A stretch of 64,000 nucleotides of DNA from an uncultured Acidimicrobiia bacterium (GTDB lineage: Bacteria > Actinomycetota > Acidimicrobiia > Spongiisociales > UBA5794), in assembly GCA_963759175.1 (NCBI GenBank), contig CAVWXP010000008.1, positions 179,041-243,040 on the forward strand, given 5' to 3'. Made by a program: the position numbers and the translations under genes. Positions within the stretch are counted from its first letter, which is position 1; each line of letters opens with the position of its first letter. Below, one piece after another: positions 9,744-19,067 of the stretch. The notes under the pieces are model-generated. The model did not search any database. It was not told the origin of the DNA and saw only the letters and a list, made by a program, of their open reading frames with translations.

Positions 9744-11636
9744 ATGGGCAGGGTCTTGTTGGTGTTGGCATTGGTCTTGGCCATGTGGCTCGTGGCCGCC
9801 CCGGCGGGTGGACGAGAGCCAGGTTTGACCGAAACGGTGGATTCTGGCGAGGCGGGCTTTGATCCTGATCCTGGTCGACAGCCGGATGAAGCTGCGCCCC
9901 CGCCCGCAGACAATGAAGCCAGAGCTTCGTGGTACGAGTCGCTGGCGCGCTCAGGGTCATCGACGGTCGAACAAGCACGCAACCGAACGCAGATTCAATC
10001 CCAGGCGAAGGAGTTGTCGCAGCTGCTCGCAGAGGGTCATCCCACTACATACGCGGGTCTGTGGATCGACATCGAGGCGCCATTCCTGGTTCATGTCGGG
10101 TTCGTGGGAGACGGTGGAGCCAAAGCAGTCAAGGATGCGGCGGCGACATCAGGCTTCTCGTTTCTCAGTCGGCTGAACGTGCACGAGGCGGACTTCTCGC
10201 TGGCTCGATTGCTCGCAACGTACGACTCTCTCGCCGAGCATGTACCCGCAACCCATGCCGATACCAAGGACGACCTCGTCGCTTGGGTCGACGTCATCGC
10301 GAACGTGGTCCAGGCCCGTCATCGCGACGCTGCAATCCAGCCCGCTCTCGAGCAAGCCGGGCCCCCTGGCGCAGTCAGTTTCGAGGTGGGAACCAGCGTC
10401 GCAGAGAACCACCTCGGCATTCGCGGAGGACAGCCGACCAACAACTCTTGTACGACCGGATTCGTCGTGAAGAAGAACTCATCGATAGAGGCGGGGATAA
10501 CCACGGCAGCGCACTGTTCGGTCCCAACTGGGCTGCACGGAGTATCAAGCCCTGTGTTCGGCCCGCAGCTGTCGACGTGGTCCGGAGGCTCGGATCCTGA
10601 CATCGACGCCCAATGGCTTGGCCTGGCAGATCGCGATTGGTGGCCAGCCAACCAGATCGTGTGGAACCAAGCAGGGAACACCCTCACTATCCGGGGGCGT
10701 ACGCCCTACAGCTCGATCAACGTTGGCGACTACCTCTGCAAGTACGGAATCAGCACCCACGACAGCTGCGGCTACGTGCAGTCGGTCGCCTGCTGCTATT
10801 CCGGACACCGATTCGTGGAGGTCGGCCCACCTATGGAGACAATGGGGGGCGACAGCGGAGGACCCGTCTACGAACTCAACGAACCCTACTTCTACGCCGT
10901 GGGAGCACACAAGGGCGGCTCGTTCGACGGTGACCCTCTCATCGGTGCCGTCAGCTTCTTCGAGACAGACTTCGGCGTTTCGGTAGCCACGAGCTCCATG
11001 ACAACGCCGGCGTACGACTGGTTCCTTCGGAACTCCAACAGCCAAGGAAACGCGACGGCCGTCTGGGAGTGGGCAGAGTCAGGCTCAACGCCCGTCGCGG
11101 GGCGGTGGATGAGCAACCAGGGCAAGGACCAACCCGGCTTCTACAAGAACGGAACTTGGGACCTGGAGGGGCAGGCCCGATTCACCTATGGCACGAGCAG
11201 CGATGTGCCAATCGTCGGCGATTGGGATAGCGATGACCTCGACGAGGTCGGCTACTTCAGGCCAACAACCGCTGGCTTCTATCGCCGCGGGACCTCGTCG
11301 ATAGCGTTCGGGAATCCGGGCGACATACCACTCGTTGGAGACTGGGACGGTGACGGGGATGACGAGATTGGCGTCTTCAGGCCGAGCCAGGTCAAGTTCT
11401 ATCTCCGTTCCAGCTCAGGGTCGGTCACGAGCATCTACTACGGGACGTGGAACGACCTCCCTGTAGTCGGGGATTGGGATGACGATGGTGTCGACGAAGT
11501 TGGAGTATTCCGGCCCTCCACCGGCCAGTGGTTTCTCCAGGGTCTGTCTGGCTTCTACTACGGAAGCCCAAACGACACGCCCCTACCGGGCGACTGGGAT
11601 GGTGACGGTAGGGACACTGTCGGCGTGACTCGATAG
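9744..11636 (+). CDS. Secreted S1 (streptogrisin/alpha-lytic-like) serine protease with C-terminal FG-GAP-like repeats
   Basis: Signal peptide, prodomain, TTAAHC and GDSGGP catalytic motifs, four GDWD(G/D/S)D(G/D) repeats. Confidence 0.85.
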   Translation: MGRVLLVLALVLAMWLVAAPAGGREPGLTETVDSGEAGFDPDPGRQPDEAAPPPADNEARASWYESLARSGSSTVEQARNRTQIQSQAKELSQLLAEGHPTTYAGLWIDIEAPFLVHVGFVGDGGAKAVKDAAATSGFSFLSRLNVHEADFSLARLLATYDSLAEHVPATHADTKDDLVAWVDVIANVVQARHRDAAIQPALEQAGPPGAVSFEVGTSVAENHLGIRGGQPTNNSCTTGFVVKKNSSIEAGITTAAHCSVPTGLHGVSSPVFGPQLSTWSGGSDPDIDAQWLGLADRDWWPANQIVWNQAGNTLTIRGRTPYSSINVGDYLCKYGISTHDSCGYVQSVACCYSGHRFVEVGPPMETMGGDSGGPVYELNEPYFYAVGAHKGGSFDGDPLIGAVSFFETDFGVSVATSSMTTPAYDWFLRNSNSQGNATAVWEWAESGSTPVAGRWMSNQGKDQPGFYKNGTWDLEGQARFTYGTSSDVPIVGDWDSDDLDEVGYFRPTTAGFYRRGTSSIAFGNPGDIPLVGDWDGDGDDEIGVFRPSQVKFYLRSSSGSVTSIYYGTWNDLPVVGDWDDDGVDEVGVFRPSTGQWFLQGLSGFYYGSPNDTPLPGDWDGDGRDTVGVTR

Positions 11637-11646
11637 CCTCCATTCC

Positions 11647-12210
11647 GTGGCAGCGATGAACCCCCACACAGGCACGCAGCGCATGATGGCGCACCCAGCT
11701 GTGGTCATGGCCACACTCTTTGTGGCCATGACCCTGGCCTCTTGCACATCAGAGCAGTCCTCGACATCGCCGACGCCAGACCAAGCGCCGACCTCCATCG
11801 AGACCGAGAGGACAACGCCGGCGTCGCCCTCGTGGTTCCTCGTGGGCTCTCGACCCGCACGAACATCAATGGCTGCCCTGACTAGTGGAATACTCGAGAT
11901 CGACGAGGCCGCCCTCTGCGTTCGTCTGATCCAGGACATCGGTTCGCCCATACCTCTGCTTTTCCCCTATGGCTCATACATGGCAGAAGACTCAAGCGGC
12001 GCTCTCATCATCTACCCCGTGAATGGTCCAGCTCTCAGAGACGGGACGCGCATTGAAGAGCTGGGAGGGGGCCAATACGGTGTGGAGGATCTTCACGCCT
12101 TCGACTACCGGAGTCACCTCGACCCGCCAGACAGCTGCTGGCCTTCAATGAACGAGCCGCGCATGATCTGGGAGATCAGTCGCCTCGACGGAATAGCGAT
12201 TTCCGAGTAG
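11647..12210 (+). CDS. Hypothetical lipoprotein
   Basis: Lipobox LASC followed by S/T/P linker; true start may be 11683-11707. Confidence 0.65.
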   Translation: MAAMNPHTGTQRMMAHPAVVMATLFVAMTLASCTSEQSSTSPTPDQAPTSIETERTTPASPSWFLVGSRPARTSMAALTSGILEIDEAALCVRLIQDIGSPIPLLFPYGSYMAEDSSGALIIYPVNGPALRDGTRIEELGGGQYGVEDLHAFDYRSHLDPPDSCWPSMNEPRMIWEISRLDGIAISE

Positions 12211-12229
12211 GCAGAGACAAGCCGCCGGA

Positions 12230-12403
12230 CGAGGTGGGTGAAGCGGCGCGGGCCGACCATGCCGAGACGACAGGGCCCGAGGACGGTTCCGACACCGACC
12301 GCTGACACGAACCGGGGGTCAACGGCCCTCGAAACGCGGCGGGCGCTTCTCCAGGAACGCTGCCGCTCCCTCGATGAGATCCTCGGACGCGAGCAGGAGC
12401 GCC
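12230..12403. repeat. Right copy of imperfect direct repeat
   Basis: Matches 9297-9468; encodes EVGEAARADHAETTGPEDGSDTDR* on + and the enoyl-CoA hydratase C-terminus on -. Confidence 0.85.
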
Positions 12404-13101
12404 TGGGCATGCTCCTCGAACGCAAGCGCCTGTTCGAAGGTCATCGTCGACGACCGGTCCATCGCACGCTTGATGAACGATTGCGCGAGCGGAGCGCCCT
12501 CGGCGAGGGCGGACGCGAGTTCGGCGGTCGTCGACTCCAGCTCGGACACGGGAACGACCCTCGCTACCAGTCCGATCGCCAGCGCCTCGGCGGCGTCCAC
12601 GATGCGACCGGTGAGCGCCAACTCCCTGGCCCGAGTGAGGCCAACGAGCCGGGGAAGCAGCCAGGTACCGCCGAAGTCGAGGGTGAGACCTCGTTTGACG
12701 AAGATCTCGGCGAACCGTGCTCGTTCCGTGGCGATCACGATGTCGCACCCGATGGCGAGGTTCATCCCCGCGCCGACGGCGACGCCGTCGACCGCTGCGA
12801 TGGTGGGTTTCGAACACCGGTGGAGGGCGAGGGCGGCACGGTTGACTCCCGACCGCATGCGCTCGGCGTTGTCGGCAGCCGATGGCACGGGATTCCTCGC
12901 ACGCGCCATGTCGGCACCTGCGCAGAACTCGCCACCGGCACCGGTGATGACTGCGACCCGCAGGTCGGACGCGTCGAAGGCTTCGAAGGCCTCGGCCAGC
13001 TCGATCCAACCGTCGGGCGGAACCGCGTTCATGCGGCCGGGGTTCGCCATCGTCAGCGTACGGATCGATCCGACATCCTCGACGGCGACAAAGCTGCTCA
13101 C
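12319..13101 (-). CDS. Enoyl-CoA hydratase/isomerase family protein
   Basis: FCAGADM, IAAVDGVAVGAG, GLTLDFGGTWLLPRLVG, FLEKRPPRFEG. Confidence 0.92.
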   Translation of the reverse strand: MSSFVAVEDVGSIRTLTMANPGRMNAVPPDGWIELAEAFEAFDASDLRVAVITGAGGEFCAGADMARARNPVPSAADNAERMRSGVNRAALALHRCSKPTIAAVDGVAVGAGMNLAIGCDIVIATERARFAEIFVKRGLTLDFGGTWLLPRLVGLTRARELALTGRIVDAAEALAIGLVARVVPVSELESTTAELASALAEGAPLAQSFIKRAMDRSSTMTFEQALAFEEHAQALLLASEDLIEGAAAFLEKRPPRFEGR

Positions 13102-13216
13102 GGGAATGCAGCGTACCCTCCCTGCCGCCGTCCGGTGGGCCGCCCCGCCCGACCACGGGTCGTCGCACCTACGACGTTCCCTCACATGTCGGCGACGGGT
13201 CGGTACCCTCGACGGC

Positions 13217-13492
13217 ATGCCGGGACACTCGTCGGAAACACACGCGCACGACACCCACACCGACGACGCCGCCTTCGCTGCCCGCGATGACGAGATCGTC
13301 AAGCCGATCCAGCCCTACCAGGCGCGCAAGGCCTACACCTGTCCGGGGTGCACGACCGAGATCGCCGTCGGAGAGGGACACCTCGTGGTCGTTCCCACAC
13401 CCTCCCCCGATCTCCGCCGCCACTGGCATCGCGGGTGCTGGCACAAGGAACAGCGACGCCGCGGCGATCATCGGTCAGTGGACGCCTCGTAG
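13217..13492 (+). CDS. Small conserved actinobacterial Cys/His protein
   Basis: KAYTCPGC...GEGHLVVVP...RRHWHRGCW pattern; start uncertain. Confidence 0.65.
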   Translation: MPGHSSETHAHDTHTDDAAFAARDDEIVKPIQPYQARKAYTCPGCTTEIAVGEGHLVVVPTPSPDLRRHWHRGCWHKEQRRRGDHRSVDAS

Positions 13493-13807
13493 CCAGGTGA
13501 TCGACACGCCGTTCGGGCCCTCACGTACCCCCACGAGGTCGATGCGTGTGATAGCGCCCGGATACGCCGACACGGCCCGCTCGACGCGCGACCACTTGTG
13601 GTCGTCGACCGCCTCGAGCGGATCTCCGATGCCGGTCGTCGACTTCACCTCGACGGCCACACGATCCCGGCCGTCCATCACGACGAGATCGATCTCGTCA
13701 CCGTCGACCGTGGTATTGGACTCGAGGACCCGGCATCCCCGCGAGGCGAGGAACCATGCGGCGATCTGCTCGCCCCGACGGCCTGTCGAGAGGTGCTGAG
13801 TAGCCAT
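13475..13807 (-). CDS. yraN: YraN (UPF0102) family predicted nuclease
   Basis: GRRGEQIAAWFL, EIDLV, VEVK, RIDLVGV. Confidence 0.85.
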   Translation of the reverse strand: MATQHLSTGRRGEQIAAWFLASRGCRVLESNTTVDGDEIDLVVMDGRDRVAVEVKSTTGIGDPLEAVDDHKWSRVERAVSAYPGAITRIDLVGVREGPNGVSITWLRGVH

Positions 13808-13845
13808 GGGACGACCATACGCAAGGAGGGTGACAAGGGGAGCTG

Positions 13846-13911
13846 TGAGCCTTGAGCTTTGAGCCTTGAGCTCACGACTCAGAGCTCAAAGCTCAGAGCT
13901 CAACTCACAGC
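13846..13911. repeat. Inverted pair of TGAGCYT heptamer arrays (hairpin)
   Basis: tgagcct tgagctt tgagcct tgagctc ... gagctca aagctca gagctca; overlaps the lepB stop. Confidence 0.85.
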
Positions 13912-14573
13912 CCTCCCCATCGGCCGGGGGGCCAGATGATCACGAAGGCCTTGCCAACGACATCGTCGGTCGGGATCGGACCGAAGAACCGTGAGTCCTG
14001 GCTTGCGGCACGGTTGTCACCCATGACGAAGAGGTGATCGGCGGGTACGTTCACCGGGCCGAACGGAGCGATCGCGAACCCCGGGTCCTTGAGGTACGGC
14101 TCCTCGAGCGGGATGCCGTTCACCCACACGCCGCCCTCCCTGCCCTCGACGACGTCGCCCGGCAGGCCGATCACCCGCTTGATGAACTCCGACCGCGGGG
14201 TCGCGAGGCCAACGGACTCGAGGACATTGCGCACCGCGGAGTCGATCACGGACTCACCGTCCCCCTCGAATCCGCCTCGCGGATCGTCGAAGACGATCAC
14301 GTCGCCCTGGGAGATGTCACCGAATCGATACGTCAGCTTGTTGACGAGGACCCGGTCATTGACGAGCAGGGTGTCCTCCATCGACGACGACGGGATGTAG
14401 AACGCCTGGAACAGGAAGGTCTTGATGAGGATCGCCACGGCGAGAGCGACGAGGATGAGCAGCGGGAACTCCACCCAGAAGGGGATGCGCTTCTTGCCGT
14501 CCTCGTCCGCGACCTCCTCACCGGCGGTCACTGGCGCGGGATCGCCGGTTATATCGAAGTCGGGGGATGTCAC
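13905..14573 (-). CDS. lepB: Signal peptidase I
   Basis: FYIPSSSMEDTL (Ser), FIKRVIGLPGD (Lys), MGDNRAASQDSR. Confidence 0.96.
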   Translation of the reverse strand: MTSPDFDITGDPAPVTAGEEVADEDGKKRIPFWVEFPLLILVALAVAILIKTFLFQAFYIPSSSMEDTLLVNDRVLVNKLTYRFGDISQGDVIVFDDPRGGFEGDGESVIDSAVRNVLESVGLATPRSEFIKRVIGLPGDVVEGREGGVWVNGIPLEEPYLKDPGFAIAPFGPVNVPADHLFVMGDNRAASQDSRFFGPIPTDDVVGKAFVIIWPPGRWGGL

Positions 14574-14594
14574 GAGCGAAACCCTACCGGCCGC

Positions 14595-15257
14595 TCAGAG
14601 GAATCCTGCGTCGTCAGGCACGGCGTAGGTCGCCCCGCCCAGGTAGTCGTGCCACAACATGCGCGCCGCCGCCGAACGATACGGACTCCACACCCGGGCC
14701 ATCGCCTCCGCTTCGTCCGTCGTAGGGACGCGGGCGAGCTCGAAGACGCGGCCCACCGCGACGTGGAGCGCGCGATCCCCGGTCGGCCACACATCCGGTT
14801 CGCCGATCACGAACAGCGCGTAGCACGACGCCGTCCACGGGCCGACACCCCTCAGCGCCAGCAGGGCCGACATCGCGCCGACGCGATCGCCTGCGATGGC
14901 TGCTGGATCGAACGAGCCATCGACCACAGCGGTCGCGATGTCTCGGACGTAGCCGGCCTTCTGGCGCGAGAACCCGTCCGCACGCAGTTCGGCATCCGTC
15001 GACGAGAGGATCGCCTCCGGTGTCACATCACCGACGCGCCGGGCGAGCCTGGCGTATGCGGCCGTGGCCGAAGCGAGGGAGACCTGCTGCTCGAGGATCA
15101 GCCTGACGACGGTGGCGTATGATGCTTCGCGCCGCCACAGCGGTGGCACACCGTTGCGATCCATGAGGCGTGCGAACACCGGCTCCGTAGCGCCCAGGGC
15201 ACGGCACGCCGACGAGAGCGCCTCGGCGTCGGGGTGGTGGGGTTCGGAACCGCTCAT
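14595..15257 (-). CDS. DNA-3-methyladenine glycosylase II (AlkA/HhH-GPD)
   Basis: ILEQQVS, LLALRGVGPWTA HhH motif, PTGD, WSPYRS. Confidence 0.88.
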   Translation of the reverse strand: MSGSEPHHPDAEALSSACRALGATEPVFARLMDRNGVPPLWRREASYATVVRLILEQQVSLASATAAYARLARRVGDVTPEAILSSTDAELRADGFSRQKAGYVRDIATAVVDGSFDPAAIAGDRVGAMSALLALRGVGPWTASCYALFVIGEPDVWPTGDRALHVAVGRVFELARVPTTDEAEAMARVWSPYRSAAARMLWHDYLGGATYAVPDDAGFL

Positions 15258-15302
15258 CGAGACGAGCGGGAGATCACGACGAAGGGGCCGATGGGCCGCC
15301 TC

Positions 15303-15650
15303 CTAGTCGCGCTTCTCCTTGATGCGAGTGGCCTTACCGACCCGATCACGCAGGTAGTAGAGCTTCGCACGGCGGACATCGCCGCGACGCACGACCTCGA
15401 TCTCCTGGATGATGGGCGAATGCACGGGGAAGATGCGCTCGACGCCCACGCCGAAGCTCATCTTGCGCACGGTGAAGGTGGCTCGGGCGCCGTGTCCACC
15501 GTTGCGGGCGATGACCACGCCTTCGAACACCTGGACGCGTTCGCGGCCACCCTCGCTGACGCGTACATGGACACGCACGGCGTCACCGGAGGAGAACTCC
15601 GGGATGTCGTCGCGCATCTGGGCAGCTTCGATCTGCTCGATGGTGTTCAC
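15303..15650 (-). CDS. rplS: 50S ribosomal protein L19
   Basis: [38 protein letters not shown]. Confidence 0.98.
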   Translation of the reverse strand: MNTIEQIEAAQMRDDIPEFSSGDAVRVHVRVSEGGRERVQVFEGVVIARNGGHGARATFTVRKMSFGVGVERIFPVHSPIIQEIEVVRRGDVRRAKLYYLRDRVGKATRIKEKRD

Positions 15651-15723
15651 GAGATCCTCCGGTACGGGGGTGAGGTTTGAACCGGGCGGGAGTGTAGAGG
15701 CCCATGCCTCGTAAGCGCAGCGG

Positions 15724-16389
15724 TCACGGCTGATCCAGATCCGGTCGTCGTTGCCGTGTCCGGGCCGCACGTTGGTCGGCTCGCCAGGCAGCGATGCGTG
15801 CGTGGTCACCCGAGAGCAGCACCTCGGGCACGGTCCAGCCGCGGAAGTCCGAGGGCCTCGTGTACTGGGGTTCCTCGATGAGGCCATCACGGAAGCTCTC
15901 CGTCTCCGTGGAAACAGGGTTCCCGACGACTCCGGGCAGCAGCCGGGCCACACCCTCGATGATGGCGAGCGCCGCTGCCTCTCCGCCGAGGAGGACGAAG
16001 TCCCCCAACGACACCTCCTCGTCGATGAAGTGCTCGACGACGCGCTCGTCGACACCCTCGTATCGGCCACACACGAGGGTCAACGCATCCAGCCCGGCGA
16101 AACGGTCGAGTGTCGCCTGGGTGAGAGGTGCACCTGCGGGCGTCAGGTACACCCGGTGGGTGTCCTCCAGCGGTTCGAGCGTCGCCGCGAGAGGCTCGAT
16201 CATCATCACCATGCCCGCTCCTCCGCCATAGGGGGCATCGTCGACCTTGCGATGGACACCGATCCCGTGGTCGCGCGGATCGTGGAACGCGATGTCGAGC
16301 GCACCATCGTCGATGGCCCTGCCCACGAGCGAGACCGCCAGGGGCGAGGTGAAGAACTCGGGGAACAGCGTGACCAGATCGATCTTCAT
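15724..16389 (-). CDS. trmD: tRNA (guanine-N1)-methyltransferase
   Basis: [40 protein letters not shown]. Confidence 0.97.
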   Translation of the reverse strand: MKIDLVTLFPEFFTSPLAVSLVGRAIDDGALDIAFHDPRDHGIGVHRKVDDAPYGGGAGMVMMIEPLAATLEPLEDTHRVYLTPAGAPLTQATLDRFAGLDALTLVCGRYEGVDERVVEHFIDEEVSLGDFVLLGGEAAALAIIEGVARLLPGVVGNPVSTETESFRDGLIEEPQYTRPSDFRGWTVPEVLLSGDHARIAAWRADQRAARTRQRRPDLDQP

Positions 16390-16399
16390 GGGGAAGGCG

Positions 16400-16993
16400 T
16401 CAGGGTCGGATGCACAGGGCCGACACCAGGGTCTCGGCGGTGCTGGCGGCGATCTCGTCCACCGAACCCTTGGGATCGTCGGCACCCATGACCACCTTGC
16501 CACCCGTCATGATGATGCCCTCCATCATCCGACCGACCAGCATCGGGGGCATGGGACGGAAGCATCCCGTCTCCACACCATCGCGGTAGATGGATGCGAA
16601 CTCGTCGGCGATCCCCCCGTGGGCGTCGGCGATGTTGCGCTGGGCCTCAGGCGACAAGCGGGGTACCTCGGTGTGAAGGATCAGGCCGATGTGGTCGGTT
16701 CCCACGAACTGGACCATCCTCCTGCCGAGCTCGTACAGCCGTTCATCCGGCGGCAGGGCAGAATCGACGGAGGTGAGGATGTCGATCGTCAGCGGCGGGA
16801 GGTCCCTGCGCACCAGTTCGACGAGGAGGTCCTCCTTCGACGAGAAGTGCTCGTAGAACGTCGTGCGTCCCATACCCACCGCAGCAGTGATGTCACTGTG
16901 GGACATGGTCTCGTATCCCCGCTCGGCGATGAGGACCCGTGCCGCATCGAGCATCGCGTCGTGGGTCGAGGTGGATGCGGTTCGAGAAGCCAT
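16400..16993 (-). CDS. TetR/AcrR-family transcriptional regulator
   Basis: N-terminal HTH ITAAVGMGRTTFYEHFSSKEDL; divergent from ABC operon. Confidence 0.9.
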   Translation of the reverse strand: MASRTASTSTHDAMLDAARVLIAERGYETMSHSDITAAVGMGRTTFYEHFSSKEDLLVELVRRDLPPLTIDILTSVDSALPPDERLYELGRRMVQFVGTDHIGLILHTEVPRLSPEAQRNIADAHGGIADEFASIYRDGVETGCFRPMPPMLVGRMMEGIIMTGGKVVMGADDPKGSVDEIAASTAETLVSALCIRP

Positions 16994-17018
16994 CGACGAC
17001 AGGGTAACGACGTCGACG

Positions 17019-17033
17019 CCGACTTCGTGTCGG
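17019..17033. promoter_or_regulatory. Candidate TetR operator CCGAC-N5-GTCGG
   Basis: Inverted repeat in the 100 bp divergent intergenic region, upstream of a TAGCGT -10-like hexamer (17047-17052). Confidence 0.4.
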
Positions 17034-17094
17034 AACGGTACGTCCCTAGCGTCGTTTTCATTCCGCCCGACCGGTCCTGCACGGAGGAACGACC

Positions 17095-18051
17095 ATGCCA
17101 AGAACAGCGATCGCGCTCGTGCTCGTCGCTGCCGTCGGTGTCGGAGCGTGTAGCGCCAGCGAATCGGGGTCGCAGGGCTCGACGACAACCGCTGGAGCCG
17201 CCCCGGAAGCCCAGACCGGCACCTATGAGGGTGCCGACGGCGTCGTCTCGTCGATCGAGGACACCTCGCGCATCGTTTCGCTCAACGGCGACCTCACCGA
17301 GACCATCTTCGCACTCGGCGCCGGTGATCGTGTGGTGGGGATCGACCTCACCACGACGTACCCCGCCGAAGCAGCGGCGCTCCCCGACGTCGGGCTCGGG
17401 CGCAACCTCAATGCCGAGGCCGTCATCGGCCTCTCGCCGACGCTCGTCATCGGCGACACCCAGGTGGAGCCGATCGCGGCCATCGACCAGATCCGCGCTG
17501 CCGGGATCCCGGTCGTGATCCTCCGGGCAGAGGTGACCCTCCAGGGGGTGATCCGCAAGATCGGCAACGTCGGAGAGATCCTCGACCTGCCGGCCGAGGC
17601 CTCTGCGCTCGCAGAGAGGGTCCAGGGCGAGATCGATGACGCCGTCGCCCTCGCCGCGACGGCGACGTCGGAACCGCGCGCCGCCTACCTGTACGTGCGC
17701 GGCCCCGAGACCCTCCTGCTGTTCGGCAACGGCATGCCGACGCACTTCCTCATCGAAGCGGCCTCCGCCGTCGACGCGGCTGGAGACATCGGCGTGGTGT
17801 TCGCCGAGAACCTGTCCGCTGAGCGTCTCGTCACCGCCGCACCCGAGATCCTCATCACACCCGAGGAGGGCTTCGAGATCATCGGCGGCATCGACGCCTT
17901 CCTCGCCCTCCCCGGCGTTTCCGACACGCCAGCCGGCCGCGACGGCGCAGTGCTGACCTACGACGAGGCGCTGCTGCTCGGCATGGGCCCGCGCGTCGGT
18001 GAGGCGCTTCGCCAGCTGGTCATCGATCTACACCCCGAGATCGACGGCTGA
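17095..18051 (+). CDS. ABC transporter substrate-binding lipoprotein (HmuT/BtuF-like)
   Basis: Lipobox VGAC; RIVSLNGDLTETIFALG, GMGPR. Confidence 0.88.
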   Translation: MPRTAIALVLVAAVGVGACSASESGSQGSTTTAGAAPEAQTGTYEGADGVVSSIEDTSRIVSLNGDLTETIFALGAGDRVVGIDLTTTYPAEAAALPDVGLGRNLNAEAVIGLSPTLVIGDTQVEPIAAIDQIRAAGIPVVILRAEVTLQGVIRKIGNVGEILDLPAEASALAERVQGEIDDAVALAATATSEPRAAYLYVRGPETLLLFGNGMPTHFLIEAASAVDAAGDIGVVFAENLSAERLVTAAPEILITPEEGFEIIGGIDAFLALPGVSDTPAGRDGAVLTYDEALLLGMGPRVGEALRQLVIDLHPEIDG

Positions 18052-19067
18052 TGGGGCCCTCCCGATCGACATCGTCGGTGATCGCGATCGGCGTCGTCGG
18101 CACCGTCATCGTCGTGGCGATCGCGCTCGCCGTGGGTGCGACGAACATCTCACCGCTCGACACCGCCAGGGTGATCGCCGACCGGTTGCTCCCCATCGAT
18201 CTGGCCACGCCGGACGTGGCGGACGCGATCATCTGGAACATCCGATTGCCCAGGGTGCTTGCGGCGCTCGGTGCGGGAGCGGCCCTCGGCATCGGAGGAG
18301 TCGTCCTCCAGGGGCTGTTCCGCAACCCGGTGGCCGATCCCCAACTCGTCGGTCTGTCCGCGGTCGCATCGATCGGGGTGCTCCTCGGTGCGTGGATCGG
18401 ATGGAACGCGCTCGGTCCGATCGCCGCCGTCGTCGGCGGCGCCGTCGCCGGCGCCACTGGTGCGGGGGTCGTCCGCATCCTCGCCCGCAACAGTGAAGGG
18501 GACGGCTCGCGGTTCATCCTCGCCGGCATCGGATTCGGCGTTGCGATCGCCGGCGTGGTCGCGGCGGGTGCGGTCGCCCTCAACGATCCTCGCATTCCCG
18601 ATGTCCCGTTCTGGTTCGTCGGCGGCCTCGGCGGCTCCACCTGGGGGACGGCGGGTTGGGTTCTCGGCGTCGCCTTCGTGGCGACGGCCATCGTTCTGCC
18701 CTTCGGTGACCGCATCGACATCATGAGCCTCGGAACCGCATCGGCATCCCACCTCGGAGTCGATGTCGCACGGGTGAGCGCCGTGAGCCTGGCGGCGATC
18801 GGTCTGGGTGTCGGTGCAGCCGTGGGGGCGGCCGGAGTGGTCGCTTTCGTGGGGCTCCTTGCCGGGTCACGGGCCCGTGCGATCGTCGGCGCCCACCACC
18901 GGGTGGCGATCGTCGCGGCGTTCTTCCTCGGCGCATGGTTCCTCATCGGCGCCGATGCGCTCGGACGGCTCGTCGGTGGACGATTCGAGATCCCGGTGGG
19001 TCTCGTCACGGCGGCACTCGGTGGTCCCTACCTGGTGTGGATGATCGCCACGCGGAGGTCGACGTGA
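18051..19067 (+). CDS. FecCD/BtuC-family ABC permease
   Basis: IRLPRVLA, QGLFRNPVADP, EIPVGLVTAALGGPY. Confidence 0.92.
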   Translation: MGPSRSTSSVIAIGVVGTVIVVAIALAVGATNISPLDTARVIADRLLPIDLATPDVADAIIWNIRLPRVLAALGAGAALGIGGVVLQGLFRNPVADPQLVGLSAVASIGVLLGAWIGWNALGPIAAVVGGAVAGATGAGVVRILARNSEGDGSRFILAGIGFGVAIAGVVAAGAVALNDPRIPDVPFWFVGGLGGSTWGTAGWVLGVAFVATAIVLPFGDRIDIMSLGTASASHLGVDVARVSAVSLAAIGLGVGAAVGAAGVVAFVGLLAGSRARAIVGAHHRVAIVAAFFLGAWFLIGADALGRLVGGRFEIPVGLVTAALGGPYLVWMIATRRST

